The position numbers and the translations under genes are program-made. The notes under the pieces were generated by a model. That model was given only the letters and a program-made list of their open reading frames with translations, was not told the origin of the DNA and did not search any database. From Pseudovirgaria hyperparasitica (Eukaryota), in NCBI GenBank assembly GCA_010093815.1, contig ML996568.1: a stretch of DNA of 64,000 nucleotides; one strand, written 5' to 3'. Below are positions 50,940 through 63,443 of the stretch, piece by piece; positions within the stretch are counted from its first letter, which is position 1, and every line of letters begins with the position of its first letter.

Positions 50940-51373
50940 CACAGATCAAGACGCGTCGCACCTCAAGGAACATCCAGATGAAACAATCTCTGAGAACAAA
51001 CTCCTGCAAGGGCTATGAACAGCTTCATCAACACTGTTGATGACTTCCCGGACTAGTCAGACATATCATGAGTGAGTCCCAGACCGTGCCTGGCAGGTCG
51101 TTGGTTTGGCGCGAGGAGGGCGAAGTTGTGACACGATCGTTTTTCAATCGTCGGGAGGAGAAAATGAGCGATTCTATAGTGTTGAGTAGACAAAGTGTTG
51201 CGTGCGAGGGCGAAGGTAAAATCGGTCGGGAATAGGTTATGCGGCGACAACGAGAACGACGTGATGTTGGCAGCCTCAGGCCTAACGACCTGCGCGTTAC
51301 GAGAGGTGAGATCGCCAATAACCGCTCCCGGCGCCCGGCTAAAACCGCCTAAACCATGGGAAGCCTAAGGATC

Positions 51374-51428
51374 TTATCTTATCTTATCTCAGCTAGCTTT
51401 TTACCAGACCGCGGCCAAAATTATTTTG
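51374..51428 (+). promoter_or_regulatory. Putative ribosome-biogenesis promoter elements: tandem CTTATC (GATAAG, PAC-like) and an RRPE-like A/T tract
   Basis: CTTATCTTATCTTATC at 51374-51389 and AAAATTATTTT at 51417-51427, 60-110 bp upstream of the ENP2 ATG. Confidence 0.5.
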
Positions 51429-51484
51429 AATGTATCTGGGGATCGCCCGGTGGTTTGCACGAGCGCACTGCACCATAGAAGACA

Positions 51485-53747
51485 ATGAAGATATCCAACC
51501 ATTCTTCAGTTCCTGTGTACACTATTGCTGGATCCTCGACCGCTCGGCCTCTCCCGGAATGGCTTATACGGAAGCGAAAACGCAGCTTGAAGCAGGACCC
51601 GGAGTTTGCGAATCGCATTGAGCTTCTGCAAGACTTTGAGTTCGAAGAGGCAAGCACTTGTGTGCGCATAAGTGAAGATGGTGACTGGATTATGAGCACT
51701 GGTGTGTCTACAATTTCTCCTGGGTTACATTATGACAAGACTAAGTGTTGTTCCAGGGACATATAAGCCTCAGATCCACACACACTACCTACCACATCTA
51801 TCGCTCTCATTCGCACGGCATACCGACGCACTTAATGAAACCTTTCTCCTTTTATCATCCGACTACTCTAAATCGCTACATCTGCAATCCGACCGTCTCC
51901 TCGAATTTCATACTGCTCAGGGCAAGTACTACACTGCCAGGTTACCTCGTTATGGGCGCGACTTACTATATGACAAGCGCTCGACTGAAGCATTGGTACC
52001 AACAGTGGGAGTCAATGCGGACGGTAATGGTGAGGTGTTCCGTCTAAATCTCGAAGTCGGCCGCTTCATGAAAGCTTTCGAGGTAGATGTAGGTGGTGAC
52101 GACTATACCTCGACTGGTGGTGGCGCGTTACAAGGAGGTATAAATACTGGGAGCGTCAACACTGGCGCAATCGCAGAGACTAGTCACAATCTGGGGGCGT
52201 TCGGAACGTCATTAGGCACAGTGGAGTTCTGGGATCCGAGATCACGAAGCAGGATAGGAATACTTGGTCCGCCTCCAGACAGTTCGAGTTTTGGAGAGAA
52301 GTCACAAATCACTGCCCTAGAGTTCCATCGATCGGGTCTCGAGCTTGCGACAGGCTCATCCAACGGTCTCGTCTACTTATATGATCTACGATCGCCAGTT
52401 CCTCTCTTGAAGAAGGATCAAGGGTATGGGTTTCCAATCAAGAATCTCATTTATCTGAATTCCACCACCGCGAGCCGGAGTCAAATCAGCGAACCGAAGT
52501 TACTTTCTGCAGACAAGCGTATAATTAAGATTTGGGATCAGAAGGATGGCACACCATGGACATCCGTGGAACCTGCCGTTGACTTGAACCATGTAGCATG
52601 GTGTCCAGATAGCGGCATGATACTAACCGCAAACGAGGGCAGACAGCAACATGCGTTCTTCGTCCCTCAGCTTGGCCCTGCGCCCAAATGGTGTGCGTTT
52701 CTCGATAATCTCGTGGAAGAGATGGCCGAAGACCCTAACGATCCCAATGCATTTGGCAACCAGAAGAATGGCGAAGTCTACGACAACATGAAGTTCCTCA
52801 CCGTACCAGAATTAAAGACTCTTAGTCTCGACCACCTAATCGGCACTACAAGCCTGCTCAGACCGTACATGCACGGCTACTTTGTAGCACAGAAACTCTA
52901 CGAGGAAGCAAGACTAATTTCCAATCCCGATATATGGCAGGAGCAGCGCCAGAGAAGCATTCAAGATAAAATCAACAAGGAACGCGAAACACGTATTCGC
53001 GGTAGCAAAAAGGTCGCAGTCAAAGTAAATCGCAAACTTGCCGAGAGGATCCTCGAGAAAGAGGAAAAAGAAGAGCGGCGGCGTGCACGTCGCGTGTTAG
53101 AGAAAGGAGGTGACGAAGACATGGTCGATGCCAATACACGACCAGCCGACGACTCAGGGTCTAAGACGATTTCAAGCAACCTCCTGAGCGACCCCCGTTT
53201 TGCACGAGTCTTTCAAGACGAAGACTTCGAAGTCCAAGAAGACTCGCATGAATTCCGCTCCCTCAATCCCAGCACAAAGGTCACGTCTCTCCCCAAGGGC
53301 CTGACAGTAGCGCAACAAGAAGCTATCGAAGACACGCGAGTGTCGAGCTCCGATTCGTCATCCGACAACGAAGCCGAGCCCTCACGTCGTTCGCAAAGAC
53401 CTTCCACAAATGAAGTCGACAACGGCCGAATCTCCACATCCAGCTACGCGAAACCTAGACATCGCATTCACCAACCTGATATGACCGTCACATCCTCAAG
53501 AGCGAAGAAACACCAGCCAGGGAAAGCACGTTCTTTCGGATCTCGCGCCGCAAATCTCAAGGACAAGCGTTCATCTGGATCAGGCACGATACGCAAAGGC
53601 GGCGTGGTCGGTGAACGTGAAATTACGTTCGAGCCTGTGGCGAAGAGTAAGGGACCGAGGAGGGATGACCAGGCTGCGCCTTTCCCACGGGAGAAGAGAA
53701 CGAAGGATAGGCGGAGTGCGAGTGGGAATGTTTTTCGGAAGATGTAA
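51485..53747 (+). CDS. ENP2: Ribosome biogenesis protein ENP2/NOL10 (WD40), 2 exons
   Basis: RPLPEWL...RIELLQDFEF, TG|TYKPQI, LSSDYSK, LGPAPKWCAFLDNLVEEM, LLRPYMHGYF, VKVNRKLA, DPRFARVF. Confidence 0.95.
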
Positions 53748-54458
53748 TCAAGTCGTAAGTAGATCTATGAGGCGAGTTCCCATTCATTCGAGCATGTAAG
53801 ATTCCCTGTCTGTTTATCGTAGTATGTTCTGCTTGCTCTGTTGATTCTTGGTGAGGTCATCCGCTATGGTATTAAAGGCATGCGGGCGAAGACTGGTACG
53901 CCCATACATATTTAGAGAACACATATTCGCCTAGATGGCACGGAAGCTGAGCCGAGAAGTCCGCGAGTCTTCACGAGCAAGCACTTCGCAATCTCTTGAA
54001 AAAGAAACGGTCGTGTATCATGACACTCCTCTCCATTCTAAAGTACTCTGACTGTGCGTGCCTATGAACTACCTGACATCGTCTGCTTGTACCTTGCCGC
54101 TGACGCCACGGAAGACGTAAGTTTATTGCCGAGACAACACGCTGCAACCCTGCAGCCGCGATCCTTGGTCGTTTACAAGAGGCTAGCTGCGAGAAGCACA
54201 AAGCCTCAGAATTCAAGTTGGAGAGATTATATGCAACAGTTCAACAGGGTGAGCAGGTTGACGACCGACGAGGAATGAAATGAGCCATTGGACTAGGAAA
54301 CGGACATTACACCATAGCGCCGGAACGAAAGCATCCTAGACCAGACCGGACTTTTCCAAATACAACGCCAGGATCAATGCAAGAGACAGGATCGCTCACT
54401 GAGGTTTATTTCATGAAATGGGGACGGTCGTTACTGCTCTGCTGTGGGTCTATCAGAA

Positions 54459-57400
54459 TTAGTAAACAGAACTCCGTCTGCGGGGTTTTTGTGAGGGTCC
54501 TGCGTTGCTCTCAGTATCGCTGATGCCGCTCCATGGCAAGTCGTCCTCATCGTCAAGGCCATCCAGAGCACTGTCGTCAACATCTTCTTCGATTACGACC
54601 TTTTTACCCTTTCTAGCCTCCTTAGGATCAAGGCCGACGCTCCGAAGGGTATTATCAACCTCTTCCTCAGTCATGCGGCACGTTTGAGCGGCCTGATGGG
54701 CGTTTTCATCGTTGAGTAGTCCATCTGCCTTCTGACCTTCGAGCACATCGTGCAACGCGTAGATTTGGTCAGCCTTGATATCGATTGCTCTGAAAAGTAG
54801 CAAGACTTTTGTATGGACAGCTTTACGCTTTCGTTTCGCCAACGATGGATCCTGACAGTGCAGCAGGCTCTCCTGAACAGATAGTTCCAGCTTCAGGTGG
54901 GTGAGCTCGTCTTCGAGCTCTTTGAGAACTAGTGCCAAGGCATCCTGGGGCGATTGTGCAGGACGCAATGTAGCGTTGGAATCATCAATATTCCGGGATG
55001 TTACTGGGATAGGTTTCGGGATCTCGACACCGGCCGCGACCTTGTGTCTTAGGACATTGGTCTCGCTCGCAGAACGTTGGCAAACAGTACAATCTTTTAC
55101 TTCGTGATTGGCCTCACGTTGGGTCAAGCGGACTGTGAGGTCAGGAATGATGAACGCAGAGGTCATTTCTAGCGGAAAGCTTCGTCTGCGTCGGCCGGTA
55201 TTGCTCATGATGGAGACTTCGTTATCATTTGACCGAGTGTCGTTTCCTGCTCTGTCAGCCGCGATTGTCGACAGTCTCTTCGAACTATCTTTCATCGATG
55301 ATTTGCGGGGGTGTGAGTGCCCTGTCGACTTCTTCGCAGACCTTACGGATTGCTGAGTGTCATTTCTTTCTTGTTGAATAGAATCGACTCTTCCTTTACG
55401 GCGTACCTCCGCCCGCTCTTTCTCAAGAATCTTGCGCAGTCTAGCGACCTCATTTCCATCCATCATGCTGAGATAGGTATAGTCCACGTCTACGGGCTCT
55501 TCGGTAGAGGTCGTCGCAGGAACTGGCTTTGTCACAGTATGTGTTCGTTGCGTTCTTTCAAGTGAAAGATCTGTTGTCGATTCTGCATCACTATTCAGGT
55601 TTACATTGTGGTCGAGAGGAACTGAGGTACTTCTCATGAAGCGACTGGCAATTGGATTGCCGGGTCGTCGAGTGACGTCGTGAGCGACAGCTGCAGTCCT
55701 GCTCTTGTGGAGCTCTGCGTCGACCGCGTCTGATAGCCTCGTCTGGGTGTTGTTGATGTCTTGACGGTTACTGGTAGTCCTTCTCAGGATCGCTTGATTC
55801 GGCCGTGCGCTTGCATATGCCGTAGACTTCCGATTCCCGGTCCCTTTCCGCCGGTTGTCTACAATGTCTTGAGTCATTTCTTCCATGTCACGCACCACCT
55901 CTTCATTTTTCTCAATCTTGCGCCTGAGGCGCTCCTCCTTGCGTTGCCATTGCTGCTGCTCTTCGTGTCGTGCATTGGCCAATCTTTCAAGTTGACCGCG
56001 CAGATTTTCATTGTCGAAACGTAAGGTCTCGTTACCTTCTTCGGGGGCAATGTCCGAGAATGGGCAGATCGTCTCATGTTTCAGACCTAGCCGCTGTCGA
56101 AGTCTAGCTTCCTCACGGTTCCATCGCTGCTCGTCTTGCTCGCGTTGGAGTTTGGCATTCTCGAGCTGATCCTTGAGAACATTGTTGTCAGACCTTAGTT
56201 TGCTGAGCTCTGCTTGTTCCTGTTTTGTATTCCTGATGCGTAACTCTGCTTCTCTACGCATCCATCGCTGGGCCTGTTCATCGTGATGTGATCGAACTCG
56301 TTGAAGTTCTGTGTGGAGAGTATTGTTTTCTTCCTGCACGGCGGTTTCGTGTCGTCCCATGTTACTTCGCAGCTGCAATGTTTCTTCCTGGTACCTAGCT
56401 TCATTACTTGCCATCTTGGTTTTCAAATCCTCGTTGTCAGCTCTCAATCCGTCCTTGTCCGACCTGAGCAGTTCGACTTCTGATCGCAAGTATACATTAT
56501 CCACCTGAAGAGCTTGATTCTCTTGTTTGACCTCTTCAGAGGTCACGTAAGCCTTTGCTAATTGCTCTTGGAGTTGATCGCGCTCCGCAGTAATGCGATT
56601 GTTATACGTCTTAGCGACTAACAGTTTTCGATCAGTACGATCAAGGCGCATTCGAAGAGTCTCAGCAGCAGCTTCAAGTCCTAAAGCTATATTAGTATGT
56701 AGTCATCTCGTGTCGCAGCTTAGACCTTACTTGACTTCTGTGTTTTCCATCCAGCTCTGTCCGCTTCTTCATCCGATCCTAACGCACTATCGCTGGAGCG
56801 CATGGCTTGTTGAACCTTTTGCTCCGCTTTGAGATCTGTGATCTCATTCTCTTGCTCCTCGATAGTCCTGATATGTTCGGCATTCTCTCTTTCAAGTTGT
56901 GAGACTTTCTCTTTGAGAAGTTGCAACGCTGCGAATAGTGTCTTCTCATCTTCTGGAACCGGGACATTGTTGATTGGTAGATAATTGGGTTGGCCGCGGG
57001 AAGGCCGATCAGGATCTGGGGCTGAGGAGAACCGTGAACGAGTTCTTGACATCTTTGAAAATACTGGAGTGCCATCTTTAAAAACACCTGAGACTAATTC
57101 AGTCAAGTTGGGAAGATCAGGCAACATGAAGGATTGTTGCGTATCCTTGTTTGTTGGAAGCGAAGACCGTGGAGTACCGCGAGATTGTCGTTGTGGCGTG
57201 GCGCTCTTGCGCTCGGGCGTTGTTTGTAGGTCATGGTTTGCAGACGTGTGTTTTACTCTTAGATTACCAAAGCGAGTCCCTTTATATGATGACGTAGTAA
57301 TTGAAGGCCTTTGGTCTTGGAACGAGTCTTCTTCGGCGACTTTGGCGTGTACATCGGAAAAGGCAGACCTTTTTTGTTCTGTCACGCTTGGCGGTTCATC

Positions 57401-57979
57401 ATCTGTCTCTGCTGGCGGTTTGGTGGATGCATGGCGGATTTGTGCATCCCGTCGTAGACTTCCTGTCTCAGCTGCGTTTCCTCTACGCGTAGGTGCCCGT
57501 GACTTCGAGGGAGGTGTGATATCGTATAAACTATTGAAATTCATATTGCTCATGAATAAGTCCCCAGTTTTGTTTGGAGTGCTCTGTAGACTCCTGCGTC
57601 CTCCTCGTCCAACCTCAATACTATCGTCTTCAGAATCTTCATTCTCATATGAATCAAAGTCACCAAATTCTTTCCGCACGGCCGAGGTAGGTACGGTCTG
57701 TGGGGCTTGAGGCGGCTCGTAATAGCTATGACCGTATCGCCGAGCAGTACTTCGCAGATTATTGAAGGTCCCAGTTGGTTCCATTTGCTGTGTCGAATTG
57801 AGAGCCTCTTGCTCGGGGTTGAACGAGGAAGCTGTGGCAGTGGGGAGGTGGAAGGTGGATTCGTTGGAGTCGCGCTCTGGTGAAGATAGAGGCCGAGGAG
57901 GACTGCTCCGTGGAAAGGTACGCGCTAGCTCACGGATGACACGACCTTGAGCATCTGCATGTTTTGGAGAAGGTGCCAT
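54459..57979 (-). CDS. Spindle pole body protein Ppc89-like (Cep57-related domains, coiled coil), 2 exons
   Basis: QQSFMLPDLPNLTELVSG, long coiled coil, MTSAFIIPD and C-terminal LRPAQSPQDALALVLKELEDELTHLK...KADQIYALHDVLE. Intron at about 56725-56682. Confidence 0.75.
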
Positions 57980-58221
57980 AGCGAAGGCCGGTCGCCGCGT
58001 ACACTGTATTTGGCGGCGCGATTGGATGGATAAGATGTCTAAGTCGTTGCGTCGGGGGACATGCAGGATAGATATCTGTAAAGGTAGGTACGGAATTGGG
58101 AAAGTAGAATGTCGAAGATGGCGACCGAGCCTAGGTAGTCTTCAGGATAGGTTGAGGCGGTGCATGTGGGAGAAGAATGTTGATTTTCTGAAGAGGAAGG
58201 GCACCTCGAGACAATATTTGT

Positions 58222-58239
58222 GTAAACAAAACAACGCGT
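58222..58239. promoter_or_regulatory. Adjacent forkhead (GTAAACAAA) and MCB (ACGCGT) elements upstream of the Ppc89-like gene
   Basis: GTAAACAAA at 58222-58230 and ACGCGT at 58234-58239, about 250 bp upstream of the ATG at 57979. Confidence 0.45.
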
Positions 58240-58457
58240 CCACGTTGGTCAAAGCGTCCTGCATTGGTCTCTGCAGCTAGCCAAATCTGGCTAACGCAAC
58301 GCTACCTAGACCATGGCGAAGCTATCTCGTTTCTACTTCAAGAGGCTAGACCCTCGCTTAGGTCTCTATTAGTGTCGTTTCAAGCTGACATTCATATTTC
58401 CAAATCGCAAAACGTTTTCCACTCAATGCAAGGAATATTCATTTCCTTTCTGACCTC

Positions 58458-58530
58458 GCCTGGTTAGCTCAATCGGTAGAGCGTGAGACTCTTAATCTCA
58501 AGGTTGCGGGATCGTCCCCCGCATCGGGCT
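58458..58530 (+). tRNA. tRNA-Lys(CTT), intronless
   Basis: 73-nt cloverleaf: acceptor GCCTGGT/ATCGGGC, D stem GCTC/GAGC, anticodon stem TGAGA/TCTCA with loop CT-CTT-AA, T stem GCGGG/CCCGC, TTTT just downstream. The T-loop is atypical (ATCGTCC). Confidence 0.93.
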
Positions 58531-59240
58531 TGTTATTTTGCTTTCTGACCAATCTCCTTGTAGACGTCACTTCAGAAGTATAACCAAACACGAAGAGCTT
58601 TTTTGCTTAGCCATAGATCTTCCAAAATAAAGAATACACTGTAGACAGTCAGCAGTGAAGTATTGCCTGCTGTGAGATCGTTGAGGACCTTATGAGACAT
58701 TAACATGCGTATCAAGACGGCTGGATCGCTTTGATATGGTTAGCTATCGGGTTCGATTTACGTGTTCATAATCGTGTCATAACGAGCGACCACCAAGGTA
58801 CATCACGCTTGCATATTGGCTGCATTCTACGGAAGAAAGATCCGATATCACAGTGTCTCTATAGATTTCAAGCATAATCCATATCTGATGCACGGCAACA
58901 AAGACTTATTTATACTCATTACGGACCTGTGCATGTCACGAAGTTTTTTTCCTCAGACAAGACCGAATGCATCTGTTCAGACTTTGTACTTGGAAAGGAA
59001 AAATTCTCGACCCGCCTGCTTATCCAGACAACTTTAGTCATCGTGGTACACGCTATGTGGAATCTGGGCGGGAATCAACAGAAATGAAATTTGATTCTCG
59101 TACTTGGGGTATCTCAGCTGCCAGGTCGGCATTCCTCCTCATTTTCCCCCCTTTCGTCACTCCTACCGTACATAATGGGTTATGAAGGCCCAACACGCTA
59201 TATCTTGTTCTCATATATATATGTTGCCGTCTGACAAATT

Positions 59241-62200
59241 CTATTTGTGCAAGTAGGTGACCAAGTCCATCAATTTGGCGCGCGTGTCCTCCTCAAGTTG
59301 CTCTTCTGGTGGGTCGAGCACTTTGGGGAAAATATGCAGGAGCGAGGGTGTGAGTTGCTGGATTATGGCGTTTTTAGCCTGGTCTGAGAATAGGTTAATG
59401 CCTATACCGATAAGAGAGGATATTCGTCGAGCTTACAGAGTTTGATAATCATCTCATACACGGGAGTGTTTTCCTTGTAGTCTTCTTTCAACGGCAGTAC
59501 AGCAATGAGGCGTGGTAAGACCTCTTCTAGAGGGATACGATCCGGGAAGCGGCTGATGATGCGGCTGATACAGCCAGCAGCGTTGTCACGCATCCGCGCA
59601 ACGCCCTCTTGGTCGAGCATGGGCTCGAGCTTGACAAAGATTGGCTGGAGGTTTTTCAAGACCTCAGCGTCGTCTTGGCTATTCTCAGCGAGTACACCAA
59701 TTGCAAACGCGGCGTTACTTTTACACTCAGGATCCTCGTCGCCGAGACGGTGAAGCAGTACTTTCATAAGCGAGGAAGTGTAGGGAGTCACGCCTTCGCC
59801 CATCCCAACGACAGTCTCGGCGATGGCGCCTACAGCAGTAGTACGCTCCGTAGCTTCCTGGGAAGAGCAGAATCTAAGGATTGGTTTTTCGAACATTTTC
59901 CACAGCTCGCCAAAGTTAGGCCCAATAGCGGACGCCAGGCACGCGAGGCAGTCGAGAGCCGTGTCGATGACAAGCCAGTCGTACTCGGATGACTCTTCGA
60001 GCTCTTCACCATCATCACCATCATCACCAATATCTTGTTGGCATGGGTGACGCCTTGTAATAACTGCCAAGAGCTGTTCGCAAACTTTGGGCACTACGAT
60101 GCCATTCGAAGTGACCAATACTGCAGGACCACATAATTTGAAGCTAGCAGCAAGATCTCGGTGGATATCAGTAGCAGTGCCCCTATGTACCATTAGTATG
60201 CTAGAATAACCGGAATAGCAGTATTGCACTTGGGGCGGTGTGACTCAGGAGTAGAATCGCGTTCTCGTCAACCGCGACATGCGCGTAAGAGTGAGCTGGG
60301 TATAACGATATCGTTCTTCATCACAGTCGAGCATGGTGAAAAGAGGAAAGGATGCGCTTACCTGTCCAACTCTTCCTCCCAAGCTGTGATGGTTTTCGTC
60401 ATGAGTATATCGCCAAGCTTCACGAGATCTTCTGTCGGCTGCACCTTCAAAGGTAGACCAGGTTGCCAGTGTTCCATGCCATCTCCCTCCGCCATACCCC
60501 ATATACATGCGTATGTTCGCCAAAGAGTGCCAATTGCAGCCTTGCGGCATCCTTCGTACGAGTGGTCCATCAGCTCAAGAACAATCTGAACAGTGTCCTG
60601 AACGTATGGCAAGAAGATCCTACGAACATGGGTGACGATGTCACCGATGACCTCGGCGGCAATCTCTTTCTCCATAGCGACGGCTGTGACAGCACTAAGG
60701 TCATCCCAGTCATCATCGTCATCCATATCTTCGAGATCGTCATCATCAGAAGCCTCCGCGACCTTGACCTTCTGGCCTGCGACGATGACTTCTTGCCCCA
60801 GTAGATCCTTTGCTTGCTCTCCTAAAGACACCGCACTGTCGGTCTCATCTTGTTTCATACAATCGTGGAGGCCCTTAACAGCACCGTCGAGGAAGGGTGC
60901 AAAGTCTTCCTCGTAGACCTTTGCCAACGTACTCCAGAGTATGTAGCTAGTTTCTCGTAATCTTGGGTGGTCAAGATGGAGAGCCTCTTCAGAAGCCTGC
61001 ATCAATGGTTGGACGTAAGGCTTAAATGCCTCCGCGCCGACTGCCGACGCAATTTTACCCATAGTGTCACAGACAACTCCGCGCAGATCCAAGTCCTCTT
61101 GACTCTCTTTGATCGGGACATATTGACCGAGAGCCTGCATTATATCGGAGAAGTAGGGCATGAAAGCCTCCATTGAGGCAGCAGCAATAGAACCTACAGC
61201 GCCGATGGCGGCGATCTTGGCTTTGTAGTCATTATGTTGGAATATTGGTGAGAAACGCGGGACAAGCTCAGAGACATAGACTGCGGCGGCATCTTTTTCA
61301 AGGCCCTCAATCAAGGAATCGATAGCGTTGCAGCTTCCCCGGACAATCTCCAAGTTAGCTTCAGTAGCACCGGTGGAGTCCTGAGATGCCATATCAAAGT
61401 TTGTAACCAAAGCTGGTATAAGTCGTGCGTGTTCTTTGCCTAGGTCCTCTGCAAGATCGTCTGCCAAACGTGCAACACCTTGCAGGGCCGCTGCTCGGAC
61501 ACGGTTGTCGGGATCCTCAAGGAGGCGGAGGACAAGCGGCAATATTTCATGCAATTGTGTGGCTATGAAATCTGGGGCTCCTTCAACGGTCATACCAAGA
61601 GCCAATATTCCAGCTCTACGGTATGTCGGGTCCTGTGAGTTGACATATGCACCCATTGTTTTGAGGAGGGGTACGATGACCTGATTAGGGGGGAGTGATG
61701 AGGCAAGAATGTCAAGCAATCCTAGAGCTGATCTTGCAGGCGTGACTTCGTCTTCATCCACAAGATCGCCAAGCTCGGTCACGATTTGGAGTGATTTGAT
61801 GGTCATCTGCTCGCCAACCTTAAGACCCTGGACCTTCAGCTTGCGATATCGCACGCACTGCATCAAGAAAGACAGTCCCTGTGTACGCATGTCCTCCTCG
61901 ACGGAGGTCTGAGAGGCGAGCTCCAACATGAATTCGAGCAAGTCTTTGAAATGCTTCGATAGCAATGATGGGTCGCAAGCTAGTAGAGTTTGGAAAACTT
62001 CGAAAGCTTGTGCAGCATGTCGTTCATCACTTTCGTCGATGGCACCTTTCAATACATTTACCATGTCAGGAACTAAGGCCTGAAAATTGGCAATGGATGC
62101 TTCATCTTCTTCTGTATCAATAATTAAGCCGACTTGTGCAAGAGCGAGCATTGTGTTGACTCTAACATCAGCGCTCTCGGGATCTTTTATGGTCTTATTG

Positions 62201-62746
62201 AAGACACTGAAAAGATCACCCAAATTGTCCGAGAATATATCATTCATAGTCTCGAGAAGTGTGAACAGCACATATACGCCAACCTCTCTGTGCTGTGCTG
62301 TTGAGCTAGTCGCCGCTTGTTGGAGAAGACTTGGTAGATCCGCCCATTGACCATCTTCGAGGTCAATTTTTGCTATGGCCGAGATGACTCTTGCAGCGGA
62401 GTGTCGCACCAGTGTATTCTCCTCTTTGAGTGTAGACTGTAGCACATGATCTCTTATTTGAGACCTTTGCTCAGCGGGAACCGCATTCCAGTGTTTAGAG
62501 ACGAGTTTACGGGACTCAATAGCAGCAAGCTGACGAAGCTCGATCTTGGGGTGAGTAGTGAGGATTTGGATGAGCGCGACGAGGGATTGTGGCGAGGTAT
62601 AATAATTTCTGTTCAGACTGGAAGTAGCCGACTTTACTGTCTCAGTATCGGCTGAAAATTCAGTCAGTAACATTCACACAAACGGCGCTTAATAACTCAC
62701 GTTGTAACAAGCTCTCGAGCAGCTGGATAAATTGTTGGTCGTCCAT
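59241..62746 (-). CDS. KAP123: Importin beta-4 / karyopherin Kap123, 4 exons
   Basis: MDDQQFIQLLESLLQ|; HEAT-repeat protein with LRQLAAIESRK, ISAIAKIDLEDGQW, TVEGAPDF, TAVAMEKEIA, SSEYDWLVIDTALD, RDNAAGCISR and LPLKEDYKEN. Includes a long intron at 60361-60183. Confidence 0.93.
60242..60328 (-). ncRNA. Intronic box C/D snoRNA, snR71-like (predicted guide for the 25S rRNA Am2946 equivalent)
   Basis: Same strand as KAP123. Box C GTGATGA (60324-60318), D' CTTA (60289-60286), C' TTGACGA (60271-60265), box D CTGA (60248-60245), short terminal stem. The guide ACCCAGCTCAC is complementary to the conserved LSU rRNA sequence GUGAGCUGGGU. Confidence 0.82.
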
Positions 62747-63443
62747 CACGTAATTATAGGCACACAGCCAGGATACTCGAGAATCCGTAATGCAGATAAG
62801 GTAGGTCTCGAGAAGTATAAATGAAGTGTGTAATCAGGGAGGAGGGAGTGAGTTGGAGGCCAAAATATTGGCCAACACTCCGGGAACTTTTTTTATGGCG
62901 GGGAAAATGAAGTCGCTAACAAAATACAAGTGGACCCTCGCGTTAAAGCTACCTTGATTAGCCTCTAGGACAGATTCACGTGTCGAGCTGCGTTGTGCGC
63001 CTCAGGCATTCTCATTACTTTCCATTGACTCTAACACTGACCATAATTGCCGTGGAGACATGATGACCAGAGATTTCGACTCATACTGTTCTCACTTGCG
63101 AACTGTACATTCGCGCGCACTTTGTCACTCATGTTGTGTTTATAGTGCTTCCAGACGTGAGGCTAAGTTTCGACCAATAGGACGACGCAAACTCGATCAA
63201 GCTAAGGCCTTCGCTTGAGAAAAAGGGCAGGCAGGAGTGAATGGGCTTCCATTGCTAAGCATCACCTCAACTTCAACTCACGTCTGAACTTCATCCGACG
63301 TCTCACTTACGGTCGCCCCCCATAATTCGTCTTCCGTGTACCAAACGACCTCACATCACGACCTTCAGCCAGACTACCCGTGAAACACCTCAACTTTACA
63401 GGGTTCTACAGTTTCTCTTCTCCGTGCGCCACCTTTAGTCTAA

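Noticed and set aside
56985..57710. 241-aa plus-strand ORF
   Set aside because: Antisense to the Ppc89-like exon; non-ATG start.
60311..60322. GATGAAGAACG identical to a 5.8S rRNA segment
   Set aside because: An 11-nt same-sense match overlapping the snoRNA box C; no surrounding rDNA.
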